This document shows, piece after piece, positions 27,995 to 36,601 of a stretch of DNA of 38,078 nt. Position 1 is the first letter of the stretch. Every line of letters begins with the position of its first letter. The stretch comes from Candidatus Giovannonibacteria bacterium RIFCSPHIGHO2_02_FULL_44_11. Lineage in GTDB: Bacteria; Patescibacteriota; Minisyncoccia; UBA11713; 2-01-FULL-45-33. Under the pieces are notes generated by a model. It did not search any database, had not been told where the DNA came from, and saw nothing but the letters and a program-made list of their open reading frames with translations. The stretch covers positions 1 to 38,078 of the forward strand of contig MFHL01000005.1 of NCBI GenBank assembly GCA_001778595.1, read 5' to 3'. The position numbers and the translations under genes were made by a program.

Positions 27995-28044
27995 TTTTAT
28001 TTACCTCCCCCTTGAAAAAAGTTTAAATCAAAAACAGCATTAAA

Positions 28045-28713
28045 TCAATGAGGCGTAAGCAGAAACCTATAAGGTTTCTTTGCCCACGCTCCCGCGTAGT
28101 CCACACCTATCCTAGGCGCGGCTTTTATCTTTGAAGATTTTATTTTAATTCCTCGGTCTTCTATCCATAATTTGTTTTTTTTAGACGCCGTCTGACCGTT
28201 GAATTTTTTATCTATTTTTAAAGATTTTGTAAGCTTAGCAGGACCATCAAGGCTTCTCGGCGCAACATTTTTCAAGACACGGATATTTTCCTGCTGAAAA
28301 ATTCCTCGTGCTTGCGCCGTCGCGCTCGCAAGGTCTTGAAAAATATTCGCCTTCAAAGCCTTAAATTTAAGGTTTTGCTGCGGCAAAAAATCGGAAACAC
28401 CTCTTATCAATACCGCCGCGGGATAATCTTTGGGGCCGGTCACAATATTCAGCATCCAGTGCATGCCGTAAGTAAAATAAACATACCACCGACCCGCTTC
28501 TCCGAACATCGGCTCATTGCGGAGCGTTCTTCCGCGCGAAGCGTGCGACGCTTTGTCTTTTGGTCCATCATAAGCCTCGACTTCGGTTATCATAAAACAC
28601 TTAGACGTCCGACGTCTAAGTGAGCTAGATACACATAAATATTTACCCAAAAGCTCCGGCGCAACCTTCAGCGCGCTCCTTTCAAAAAATTTTTTGGTCA
28701 GAACCTTTTTCAC
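28045..28713 (-). CDS. mpg: DNA-3-methyladenine glycosylase (MPG/AAG) with in-frame insertions
   Basis: FF.R....VA..LLGK, ITEVEAY, D.ASHA, YVYFTYGMH, AVLIRG, GPAKLT and PRIGV. Confidence 0.92.
   Translation of the reverse strand: MKKVLTKKFFERSALKVAPELLGKYLCVSSSLRRRTSKCFMITEVEAYDGPKDKASHASRGRTLRNEPMFGEAGRWYVYFTYGMHWMLNIVTGPKDYPAAVLIRGVSDFLPQQNLKFKALKANIFQDLASATAQARGIFQQENIRVLKNVAPRSLDGPAKLTKSLKIDKKFNGQTASKKNKLWIEDRGIKIKSSKIKAAPRIGVDYAGAWAKKPYRFLLTPH
28598..28622. repeat. Palindromic element inside mpg
   Basis: Perfect cacttagacgtc-c-gacgtctaagtg. Confidence 0.8.
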
Positions 28714-29315
28714 CCCAAAAAATATTTAGCAAGCTCTTCGTGCGAAGCAATTTTAATGTAATTGTCCGATGCCGGGAATACGTTCAAATGGTCAAATAAA
28801 AATTTGTTCGGCACGTCCGCAAGAACGGATAAAATTTTCGTTTCATCGTCCACATAATGAGTAACTCCCAATTCTTTCGCCTTAATATTTTTCTCTATAG
28901 GCTCAACAACAAAAAAAGCGTTTGACTCATTGAAATATTTCGGCCAGATACCTCTTTTCTTCAGCAAATCTATCGCTATAGACGGCTCGAGTCTCCTTGA
29001 AATAAGGAGGTACGGTATTTTTGCCGAATTAATATCGTCCAAAAGCTTTACGATTCCGGGCATAAGCGGAGCCTCTATGGAAATCATGGGATTACAGTAG
29101 ATAGCGAGCTGAAGCCTGCGCAACAAATCAGAAGGAACTATTTTTTTTATTATTTCCGCGGGCGTTTGCATAGGCGACAAATTAATTCCGAGACTTTTGG
29201 CGACTCTCAATTTCAGTTCAGCATTATCAATCACAACTCCGTCCATGTCAAACCCCAAAATTTTTTTACCCCGACCAAGATCGCGGGCGTTGTCCACATG
29301 ACTTTTCATCTGCAT
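28710..29315 (-). CDS. HAD-superfamily hydrolase (5'-nucleotidase-like)
   Basis: Motif I FDMDGV, motif II ISRR, conserved K and motif IV YVDD. Confidence 0.85.
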   Translation of the reverse strand: MQMKSHVDNARDLGRGKKILGFDMDGVVIDNAELKLRVAKSLGINLSPMQTPAEIIKKIVPSDLLRRLQLAIYCNPMISIEAPLMPGIVKLLDDINSAKIPYLLISRRLEPSIAIDLLKKRGIWPKYFNESNAFFVVEPIEKNIKAKELGVTHYVDDETKILSVLADVPNKFLFDHLNVFPASDNYIKIASHEELAKYFLG

Positions 29316-29360
29316 TCTTCTATATTAACTTAAGATTTGAAATTTTGGAAATAAAATTAT

Positions 29361-30056
29361 ATGCAAACACCGGAATGGGAAATTGGCAAGGAAGAATTTT
29401 TAAAAAGACTCGGACTCTCCGGCGGCGATCTTGTAAGACGGATGAATCTTCCAGACCTGGACACGGCTGAACACATTATTCCTTTAAGATACATGAAAAA
29501 TGTCGGCGAACTATCTCCGATAAGCTGGGATCTTGCGAAATATCTCATGTCCAAAATGCGGACGATGAACGGACACTATCCTTTCAGCGAAGCGCAGATA
29601 AGCCTGCGGAAATTTGACCCGAACGGCCTTAAAGTAGGCCAGAAATTCGCGTACGAGGAAAATTTGTCTGGCGTCTTAAAAGAACTGCCTTCGTTCTTCA
29701 GAAATTACATGATACCGAGCGGGATAAGCGAACTCGGAGCATGGTTCGTTTTCGGGCGTGACCTGGAAGATGTCCCCGCTTTTTCGTGTTATCTGCCTCC
29801 GATAGTGGAAAGGCACGGCAAAAATTTCGTTATCATGGACGGCATACACCGGAATTATATCGCCAAACAAGTCGGCGTATCGCTCAACGCGATATTGGCG
29901 GAAAATATCTCCGTACCTTTTCCCTGCGGAATGAAAAACTGGGAAGAACTTTCCGTGATTTCGCTAAAAGATAAACCCGCCGACATCAACGAGAGGTATT
30001 TCACTCTGACCAAAGAACTTTTCCGCGACCTCAAATATCTCGGAATAGACGGATGA
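29361..30056 (+). CDS. Protein with ParB/Srx-like catalytic domain
   Basis: PPIVE.....VIMDGIHRNY matches the ParB/sulfiredoxin N-terminal motif. No HTH is evident. Confidence 0.7.
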   Translation: MQTPEWEIGKEEFLKRLGLSGGDLVRRMNLPDLDTAEHIIPLRYMKNVGELSPISWDLAKYLMSKMRTMNGHYPFSEAQISLRKFDPNGLKVGQKFAYEENLSGVLKELPSFFRNYMIPSGISELGAWFVFGRDLEDVPAFSCYLPPIVERHGKNFVIMDGIHRNYIAKQVGVSLNAILAENISVPFPCGMKNWEELSVISLKDKPADINERYFTLTKELFRDLKYLGIDG

Positions 30057-30064
30057 GGTGAAAT

Positions 30065-30781
30065 ATGAACAAAGAAAAGATGTTTGAACAAAAAGCGCAG
30101 GAAATACTCAAATATCTCAAAAGCAATATTCGCTACGGCAATTATATTCCGAGGCCGTTCTTTCTGGAGTTTACCGGCTCTCCTTCGGCGGGGAAATCGA
30201 CCACTATCACCGAACTGGATAAATTTCTGCGCCGCGAAGGTTTCAGAGTCCTGCCTCCGCAAGAAGGCGCCGAGCAGGTACGGCATATTGAGAGAGATAC
30301 TCCTCTCTACAACATCGCAACCTGCGACTATGCCCGGAAGATCCTTATTGATGAAAGCCACGGCCACAAATACGATGTCGTCATCTTCGATCGCGGTATT
30401 TTCGACGGATATTGCTGGATGGAATATTGGCAAGAAAAAAACAAGCTCACCGTTCAGGACAAAGAAATATATCAAAAGTTTTTTCTTTCCGAGTTCTGGG
30501 TAAACAATATTGATGCCGCCTATTTCATGGTCTGCGACCCGAAAATCGCAATAGAACGCGAACAGCGCATCGCGCTTACCAAAAAACTCGGTGAGACGAC
30601 CAATCCTAAAAACGTAGAAATTTTGGTAAACCGGTACAAAAAAGCTTATGATGTCTTGTCACCCACCCACAAACAGCTCCGCCTGCTGGATACGACCAAA
30701 ATGGAAGAGAAAAAAATGGTTGAAATGATAGCCGAGCAAGTATTGAACGTCCTTCAGGAAAAAGCAAAAAGCGGCCGCTAA
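30065..30781 (+). CDS. Thymidylate/deoxynucleoside-monophosphate kinase family P-loop protein
   Basis: LEFTGSPSAGKST, VIFDRG and lid region CDP..A..R. Confidence 0.85.
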   Translation: MNKEKMFEQKAQEILKYLKSNIRYGNYIPRPFFLEFTGSPSAGKSTTITELDKFLRREGFRVLPPQEGAEQVRHIERDTPLYNIATCDYARKILIDESHGHKYDVVIFDRGIFDGYCWMEYWQEKNKLTVQDKEIYQKFFLSEFWVNNIDAAYFMVCDPKIAIEREQRIALTKKLGETTNPKNVEILVNRYKKAYDVLSPTHKQLRLLDTTKMEEKKMVEMIAEQVLNVLQEKAKSGR

Positions 30782-31377
30782 GGCCGTTTTTTATTTTTCT
30801 CTTCAAACCGCCTTATCTCGCCATCCAATAAAAATGCCGCGGAATTTACCAATGAGACAAGCTCCTCGGCTGTTTTTTTGAATTTTTTAAATTTTGTTTT
30901 GGTAACAGCTAAACGCATCGGAGTAACAATGGGCAAAAAATACGAATGCGTCCATTTTAGGCCCAGAATATGCAGGTTATAAACAACGCTGATGTGGTTG
31001 TCATAAAGATCGGAAAGCTTTACAAGCCTTACCGCCTCTTCAGAACCCGCAACCTGTTTAACATAAGGCATCACATTCTTGTCCCCCCATTTATTAGTCA
31101 TGCTTTTAATAATTTCTGATCCTCGAGGCCCAAAAACCGCCATAACTTCTTTTTCAGTGACTTTTGTGTCTTCCAAAACATCGTGCCCCAAAGCCGCAGT
31201 GACAATTATGGACCTTTCTTGTCCTCCGCATTCCCCGTGTTTTTCCAATACAAAACTCAAAAGACCGGAAACTCTGGCCAAATGATGCCAGGCGGGCACA
31301 TTTCCTGCTCTTACCTGACCTTTGTGCTTTTCTTTTACAAATTCGAGCGCATCTTTAAAAAATTTATCTCGGTCCAT
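30778..31377 (-). CDS. RelA/SpoT-type HD hydrolase (small alarmone hydrolase/Mesh1-like)
   Basis: H.GQ.R, P...H, GHDVLEDT and LVKLSDLYDN. No synthetase domain. Confidence 0.85.
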   Translation of the reverse strand: MDRDKFFKDALEFVKEKHKGQVRAGNVPAWHHLARVSGLLSFVLEKHGECGGQERSIIVTAALGHDVLEDTKVTEKEVMAVFGPRGSEIIKSMTNKWGDKNVMPYVKQVAGSEEAVRLVKLSDLYDNHISVVYNLHILGLKWTHSYFLPIVTPMRLAVTKTKFKKFKKTAEELVSLVNSAAFLLDGEIRRFEEKNKKRP

Positions 31378-31423
31378 AATTTTAAGTATAACAAAAAGCG
31401 GGACCTATGTCCCACTTATTTTT

Positions 31424-32161
31424 TTACTTTCCCGACAAACAACATTCATAATACTTCGTATGCTCCGTTAAGTCATGGATGGCTGCGTAGTGTTCGCTCC
31501 TTTCGCCGAAGACCGGAAAAACAAAATCCGGAGAGAGCAGCGAAAGCCACATCACGGCTGCAGTGGCGCTTCTTCCGCATCCGTCCGCCCACGGATGTAT
31601 CTCGCCGTCTATCATATGGTCGGCATAAGCCAAAAGCTCCGCCTGGGAAATTTGCTTATTTACGGCAAGTTCTATTTTTGAAACAAGCTCCCCGTAAAAA
31701 AAGTCCATTGCTGATTCCAACTGTAAAGGGTCCAGATTAGCTTTAGTGTAGGATACCCTCCACGTCCGGTAACGCTTGTTTACCCGGTAATTAAATCCTG
31801 CGGTCTTTTTAAGTTCCTTGGCCGAAGCGCAAAGTTTAAGATAATCATCCAGATAAGCGCCTTCTTCCTGCAGACCGGAATTGATGACCGAATCCCAGCT
31901 CTCCATCAAAGCTCTTATCGTGACGCTTTTTAGAAAAGGCTGCTTAATGGAAGAATAAAATATTGAGTCAATTGCGACGGATTTAACCAAGCATTCAGTG
32001 TTTTCGGCAACCTGCTCTTTTAAAGCAGTTTTTTCTTTTAAGAGTTTTTTCTTTTTGGAACTCGTGCTTGTATCAGACACACCTTTTGCCGTACGGCTTC
32101 TTTTTTCGATATTTTCTTTGAAAACCGCGGCGAAATCATCACAGCTCAGGCCGTTTATCAT
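31424..32161 (-). CDS. Fic/Doc-domain protein, non-canonical motif
   Basis: IHPWADGCGRSAT versus canonical HPFxDGNGRxxR, with upstream YR. Confidence 0.8.
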   Translation of the reverse strand: MINGLSCDDFAAVFKENIEKRSRTAKGVSDTSTSSKKKKLLKEKTALKEQVAENTECLVKSVAIDSIFYSSIKQPFLKSVTIRALMESWDSVINSGLQEEGAYLDDYLKLCASAKELKKTAGFNYRVNKRYRTWRVSYTKANLDPLQLESAMDFFYGELVSKIELAVNKQISQAELLAYADHMIDGEIHPWADGCGRSATAAVMWLSLLSPDFVFPVFGERSEHYAAIHDLTEHTKYYECCLSGK

Positions 32162-32832
32162 ATCTTTATCCCCTTTCTTTTCATAGTAGTTATCATTTTA
32201 TCCGCCGCCTTTGCAATCTTCCTCGCAACCGCGTCTTTATCATCAGTGAATTTGCCGCCGTTGCGGACGATAACAACATTCATCTTGCCGTCAAAAACTT
32301 CAGGCAGTTTCAAAAATAATTCTCTTATTTTTACCCTATTGCCGCGTCCCCCGGACATTTTTCCGCCAAGCCCTTTGTCTGCCTGTTTGCGCAGCGACTC
32401 CCTTTCCATCGCCGTATCCACATCACAATCGGTTATGACCGCGATGTCAGGAACGCGCAAACCCATGTGATTTATGAAAAGGTCCCAAATCTGGTACTGG
32501 TCTAGATCCCCGGGAGAGGCTCTATATGCCAAAGAACTCACAAATGACCTGTCCCGCAGGACAAAATCGTTCAAGCACAACGCTTCGTCCACAACCTGCT
32601 CGGTCATCCTGAAACCTGCAACGAACAGCGGGAATACAAAAGCACTTTTTACTATATCATTCTTCCCGCACCACGGCAGCATCAAAGCGCCGTGGTCTCT
32701 CAAAGGCGCTATTTCATTGTCCCGTAAAATTTTGACTTTTTTCCCGAGGCCGGTCAAATAATTTTCGAATTCTTTAATTACAGTGCCTTTTCCCGTACCG
32801 CTTCCTCCGTCGAAAGTTATATAGTATCCCAC
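32158..32832 (-). CDS. tmk: Thymidylate kinase family protein
   Basis: YITFDGGSGTGKGT, DRSFVSSLAY and PD.....D.DV..A..R. Confidence 0.8.
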   Translation of the reverse strand: MGYYITFDGGSGTGKGTVIKEFENYLTGLGKKVKILRDNEIAPLRDHGALMLPWCGKNDIVKSAFVFPLFVAGFRMTEQVVDEALCLNDFVLRDRSFVSSLAYRASPGDLDQYQIWDLFINHMGLRVPDIAVITDCDVDTAMERESLRKQADKGLGGKMSGGRGNRVKIRELFLKLPEVFDGKMNVVIVRNGGKFTDDKDAVARKIAKAADKMITTMKRKGIKI

Positions 32833-32871
32833 CGGTCAATACCCGAATAATCTGTTTCTGTTATAGCACGA

Positions 32872-33735
32872 TTAATTTCCGGCACAAAGATTAAACGCCT
32901 GCACTTCAGCATTATACTTGATTACCATGGTCTTTATTTCATCTATAAGCGAGTTGATCTGCCTTACAAGCGAATTGTATTCGTCCACTTTTTGGTTGTA
33001 TTCGCCGAATTCTTTGCGTGTTTTCGGTTCGTTTGCTTCCAGTTCCGCTTTCAAATTTTCCGCCTCCGCTTTGAGGATGTTTAATCCGGCTTCGCCGCCG
33101 TAGATATCAGTCTGAAGCATTTTATCAGGCGACGGGCAGGCCGAAAGCGGCAGACCGAATTCCTGCACGGCAAGCCATGTCTCGTGCCCTTCATATATTC
33201 CTTTTCCTACCGCGACCCCGATTTCCCGGTATCTGTTATTTAAAATATTCGCGCGGTGTCCGGGAGAATTCATCCATGCCGTGACCAAATCTTTATCTCC
33301 CGCAAAATTGCCGAGCGCGAGATTTTCTCCGGCAAGAATATAATCATACCCTTGCGCCTCCACCAGGTCTCCCGGCCCGATGCCCAAGGGAGAAACATGC
33401 TCAAAATATTGCTTTGCGAACATATCTTTCAGTTTCACCTGCGCCGCGGCGTTTAATTTGGTGTTTTCTTTCAGCACAGGGAGACCGCCGTTATTTTGAC
33501 GCTCTATGTTCGTGCGTTCAATTACCCCGGCCTTTGTAAGCACAACGGCCGGCGCAGTACTGGAAGAACGCAGCGGCGCAGGCGCCGAAATTTCTTTCTT
33601 GATGTCGTTTACAATATTCGGAATATTGTTGGATATCTCGGGCAGTGCCTTATAAACCTTAAGCAGGTCGGCCCGGAAATAAAACAATACCGCGAACACC
33701 GCGCCAAGTACCGATATAGATAAGATTTTTTTCAT
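32872..33735 (-). CDS. CAP (SCP/Tpx-1) domain exported protein with coiled-coil tail
   Basis: Signal/TM, TN.ER, YFEH, GENLA and WMNSPGHRANIL. Confidence 0.92.
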   Translation of the reverse strand: MKKILSISVLGAVFAVLFYFRADLLKVYKALPEISNNIPNIVNDIKKEISAPAPLRSSSTAPAVVLTKAGVIERTNIERQNNGGLPVLKENTKLNAAAQVKLKDMFAKQYFEHVSPLGIGPGDLVEAQGYDYILAGENLALGNFAGDKDLVTAWMNSPGHRANILNNRYREIGVAVGKGIYEGHETWLAVQEFGLPLSACPSPDKMLQTDIYGGEAGLNILKAEAENLKAELEANEPKTRKEFGEYNQKVDEYNSLVRQINSLIDEIKTMVIKYNAEVQAFNLCAGN

Positions 33736-33754
33736 AATGTACTATAATTGTATA

Positions 33755-34297
33755 ATGAAATTTTATTCAGGGAAAGGCGACGGCGGAACCACAACTTTGT
33801 TCGGCTCCGGCAAACGCATCAAAAAAAATAATAAAATTTTCCATGCGCTGGGAAATTTGGACGAGCTAAATTCTTATCTGGGTATTTGTGTGTCTTTATC
33901 GCAGGATAAAAAAATCAAAAACATCGTAAAAAACATACAGGAAACTTTATTTATTTTACAGGCGGAGCTTGGCGGAAGCAAAAATCTAAAATTAGAAGAA
34001 AAAAAGTTAAAAGAACTTGAAAAAACCGCTGATAAATTCGGCGGCGAGCTCGGTGTTATCACAAAATTCACAATCTCCGGAGGAAGCGTGTTGTCCGCGC
34101 ATTTGGATTATGCGAGAGCTCTCGCACGGCGTGCAGAACGCCAAATTTGTGATTTGGAAGCTCGGCTTCCAAGTGGAAGCCGAGCTTCCAAATTTAGCCT
34201 ATCCTACATGAACCGTCTCTCCAGTCTGCTTTTTGTCCTCGCGCGCTACGCAAACAAAAAAGCGGGTGCAAAAGAAAACAATCCGAAATATAAATAA
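33755..34297 (+). CDS. pduO: Cob(I)alamin adenosyltransferase, PduO type
   Basis: YSGKGDGGTT, GNLDELNS, R..ARRAER and YMNRLSSLLF.LAR. Start reassigned to 33755. Confidence 0.9.
   Translation: MKFYSGKGDGGTTTLFGSGKRIKKNNKIFHALGNLDELNSYLGICVSLSQDKKIKNIVKNIQETLFILQAELGGSKNLKLEEKKLKELEKTADKFGGELGVITKFTISGGSVLSAHLDYARALARRAERQICDLEARLPSGSRASKFSLSYMNRLSSLLFVLARYANKKAGAKENNPKYK
34152..34193. repeat. Perfect 20-bp-stem nested palindrome inside pduO
   Basis: atttggaagctcggcttcca-ag-tggaagccgagcttccaaat. Confidence 0.9.
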
Positions 34298-34330
34298 AAA
34301 ACCGTCCACGACGTTTACGTCGGGACGGGA

Positions 34331-35551
34331 TTATTTTTTTTGGCATTTTGGACAAAATGGCAACAACGGAAGTTCTTTGTATCTTTCCGCTTTCAAATCG
34401 CCCCAACCGGAAACTGAATTCTGTAATCTGCCGCAATGGTAACATTGACCAATGAAACTGGCGTTCAATTCTTGCAGTCTCAAACTTTCAAGTTCTAATG
34501 ACGGATTAAGTAACATCAGAATGACGGCCATACGGACGAATTTGCCGTTTCTTATCTGCTTCCAATACCAGGCCCTGTCATCGTCATCCAGACTTAAATC
34601 TCCGGCAGTATTTCTTGAAGGCAATTCATTGCCCCGTTCAAAACGCGGAAAAGCATGCATTACGCCGGCATAACCGAATTCGTCCGCCGTCCGCCTAGTT
34701 ATGGAGCAACTTTGGCCTGACCTTAAAATTTCTTCGGTTCGCTCTTTGCCAAGCCAATCTTCCGGAATCCTGGATATACTCGCCACACTTGCAGGCTGAA
34801 GATTGTAATGGATTGAAAACCTTACTCCGGCCGACTTTAATTCGTTTTGGAGAAGTTCGTCCGGTTCAAGCCCCGGCACACAGCAATATTTCAACTCCAT
34901 TCCCAGTGCCTTGCCCATCAAAAGCGAGTCAGATCTCACAACCCTGTTCCTGCAGTCATTTATGAAAGCCACGGAATATTGAGGTAGTCTTTTCCAGTCT
35001 TTTTCGATGTCAATTCCGAACCCTCCGAAAAAGGTATAAATGTTTGTTGCGGCCTGAGTCGGATGTTCGCCCTCGCCTTTTTCTCCGTCGGCGGAATTGA
35101 TTACGTGGCCGTTATATCCGCGCCTGTCAATTTCCCTGGCAATTTCTTCAGCCATGCCGACTTTGTGCGCGCGAATATTAATCAGATCAAAATACGCGGC
35201 GTACGTCATCATCTCATCCAAAAAAGCGGCGCCCTTGGAGTACAACGAAGTATAAGCAAGCTTGTATTCGCCGTCTACTTTGGTTCCAAGAATATTTTCC
35301 ACGAACATGCCGAGGCTCGCGGCGGCAGAGCTGCTGGAACTGCGCGTACGCGTAGAATCCTGAAAAAAAACATTGACCATTTGCTTCCCTGCGCAGGCGC
35401 GGAGAAGAAGTTCAGGGCCTTTAGGCTTCCTGATAAAATTCTTAATCTCAAGAGTTTTCCTCATCAGATTAATTAAACTGCTCACGGAGAAATCTCTTAC
35501 CGAAAGAAAATGATTGAGTTTTCCTAGCGCACGGTCCGGATTTGTTTCCAT
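34331..35551 (-). CDS. pyrB: Divergent aspartate carbamoyltransferase-like protein with C-terminal Zn ribbon
   Basis: FFQDSTRTRSS, SKG, IR, INSADG...EHPTQ, MHAFPR and Q..NG...RMA. C-terminal CYHC...CPKC. Confidence 0.75.
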   Translation of the reverse strand: METNPDRALGKLNHFLSVRDFSVSSLINLMRKTLEIKNFIRKPKGPELLLRACAGKQMVNVFFQDSTRTRSSSSSAAASLGMFVENILGTKVDGEYKLAYTSLYSKGAAFLDEMMTYAAYFDLINIRAHKVGMAEEIAREIDRRGYNGHVINSADGEKGEGEHPTQAATNIYTFFGGFGIDIEKDWKRLPQYSVAFINDCRNRVVRSDSLLMGKALGMELKYCCVPGLEPDELLQNELKSAGVRFSIHYNLQPASVASISRIPEDWLGKERTEEILRSGQSCSITRRTADEFGYAGVMHAFPRFERGNELPSRNTAGDLSLDDDDRAWYWKQIRNGKFVRMAVILMLLNPSLELESLRLQELNASFIGQCYHCGRLQNSVSGWGDLKAERYKELPLLPFCPKCQKK

Positions 35552-35630
35552 TTTTCCCCCTCAAATTTAAAGTACTTAAACTAAAACACATTTAAGCACG
35601 CAAGTAAGCTCTTTGTCAACGAGCTTAATA

Positions 35631-36125
35631 TTAAATTTTGGTTGAGATAAAAATTACAAACACGGCTATGGCAAGTTGAGCCGGTATTCCCCGCTTCCAG
35701 CTTTCAATCTTTGTATCGGCATGTATCCACTGGTGGAATTTTTGGAGGCTTACAAGCGGTTCCCGGCGAAATTTAAAATACACAAACTGCAAAGCGTCAG
35801 GCGAAACACCCCCCACAGCCCCGCAAAGTACTATCAGCGACTGCGAAATTTCGTTTGAGCTGAATATCAACAAAGGGAGAAAAAGCGCGAGAAAAAAATC
35901 AAAACCGATATCCAAAAGGTCCAGAATAAAACTTCTGCCGAAAACAATGTCGTTGTTTAAAGGGTTTTGTTCGTCTTTTTTCATTGAACTAAGCGTATAA
36001 TCCCAGTGAGGAATGGCGTCAATGAAAAAATGTGAAATAAACCCCGCAAAAAAAGCGAGTATATAATGCTGGGGAAATAATTTCGCCGCCGCCGCCCCCA
36101 CTATAGCGTGAGTTGTTAAAGTCAT
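35631..36125 (-). CDS. Membrane-bound metal-dependent hydrolase-like protein
   Basis: M..TTH...G, SHFFIDAIPHWD, PD and FH..IH within TM helices. Confidence 0.75.
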   Translation of the reverse strand: MTLTTHAIVGAAAAKLFPQHYILAFFAGFISHFFIDAIPHWDYTLSSMKKDEQNPLNNDIVFGRSFILDLLDIGFDFFLALFLPLLIFSSNEISQSLIVLCGAVGGVSPDALQFVYFKFRREPLVSLQKFHQWIHADTKIESWKRGIPAQLAIAVFVIFISTKI

Positions 36126-36147
36126 ATATATAGTATATATTATCTTT

Positions 36148-36561
36148 ATGCGTGAAAACACCGAAGAAAAAACACCGTACCAAAAATATCAGGAATCCGG
36201 CGGGATATTCAACGAGGGAGATTATGAAAATAGCCTCGAGAAAAGCTTCGTCATGCTGCCTCCCGAAAGAAGCTTAAACAAACAAGCCGAACTCCAAGCA
36301 CAAGAGATGGCCAACTTTGCCGGCCTTAATGGCCCTATCGACAGAGCCATCAGACTATATGGGATATTACGCACTGATACAAACCCCGATAAAAAAGAAT
36401 ATCATCATACAAAAATGTCCGACCAAAGCTTATTTGCCGAATCATTGAGAATGACAAACAACGCTTTATCGCTGAATAAGTTTATTGAGGCGTATCACAA
36501 ACCCGGAATTCATTGTCCGATTTGCCTAAAAGTGCCCACGTCAGGCGAAGAATGCCGTTAA
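36148..36561 (+). CDS. Hypothetical protein
   Basis: 137-aa ORF with a -10-like TATATT 6 nt upstream and C-terminal HCPIC. Confidence 0.7.
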   Translation: MRENTEEKTPYQKYQESGGIFNEGDYENSLEKSFVMLPPERSLNKQAELQAQEMANFAGLNGPIDRAIRLYGILRTDTNPDKKEYHHTKMSDQSLFAESLRMTNNALSLNKFIEAYHKPGIHCPICLKVPTSGEECR

Positions 36562-36601
36562 TTCCCGCAGTATCGCAACATCGTATGTAAATACGGTGTT
36601 T

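Noticed and set aside
29361..30056. Chromosome-partition ParB
   Set aside because: No HTH or dimerisation region and no adjacent parA. Only the catalytic-type motif is present.
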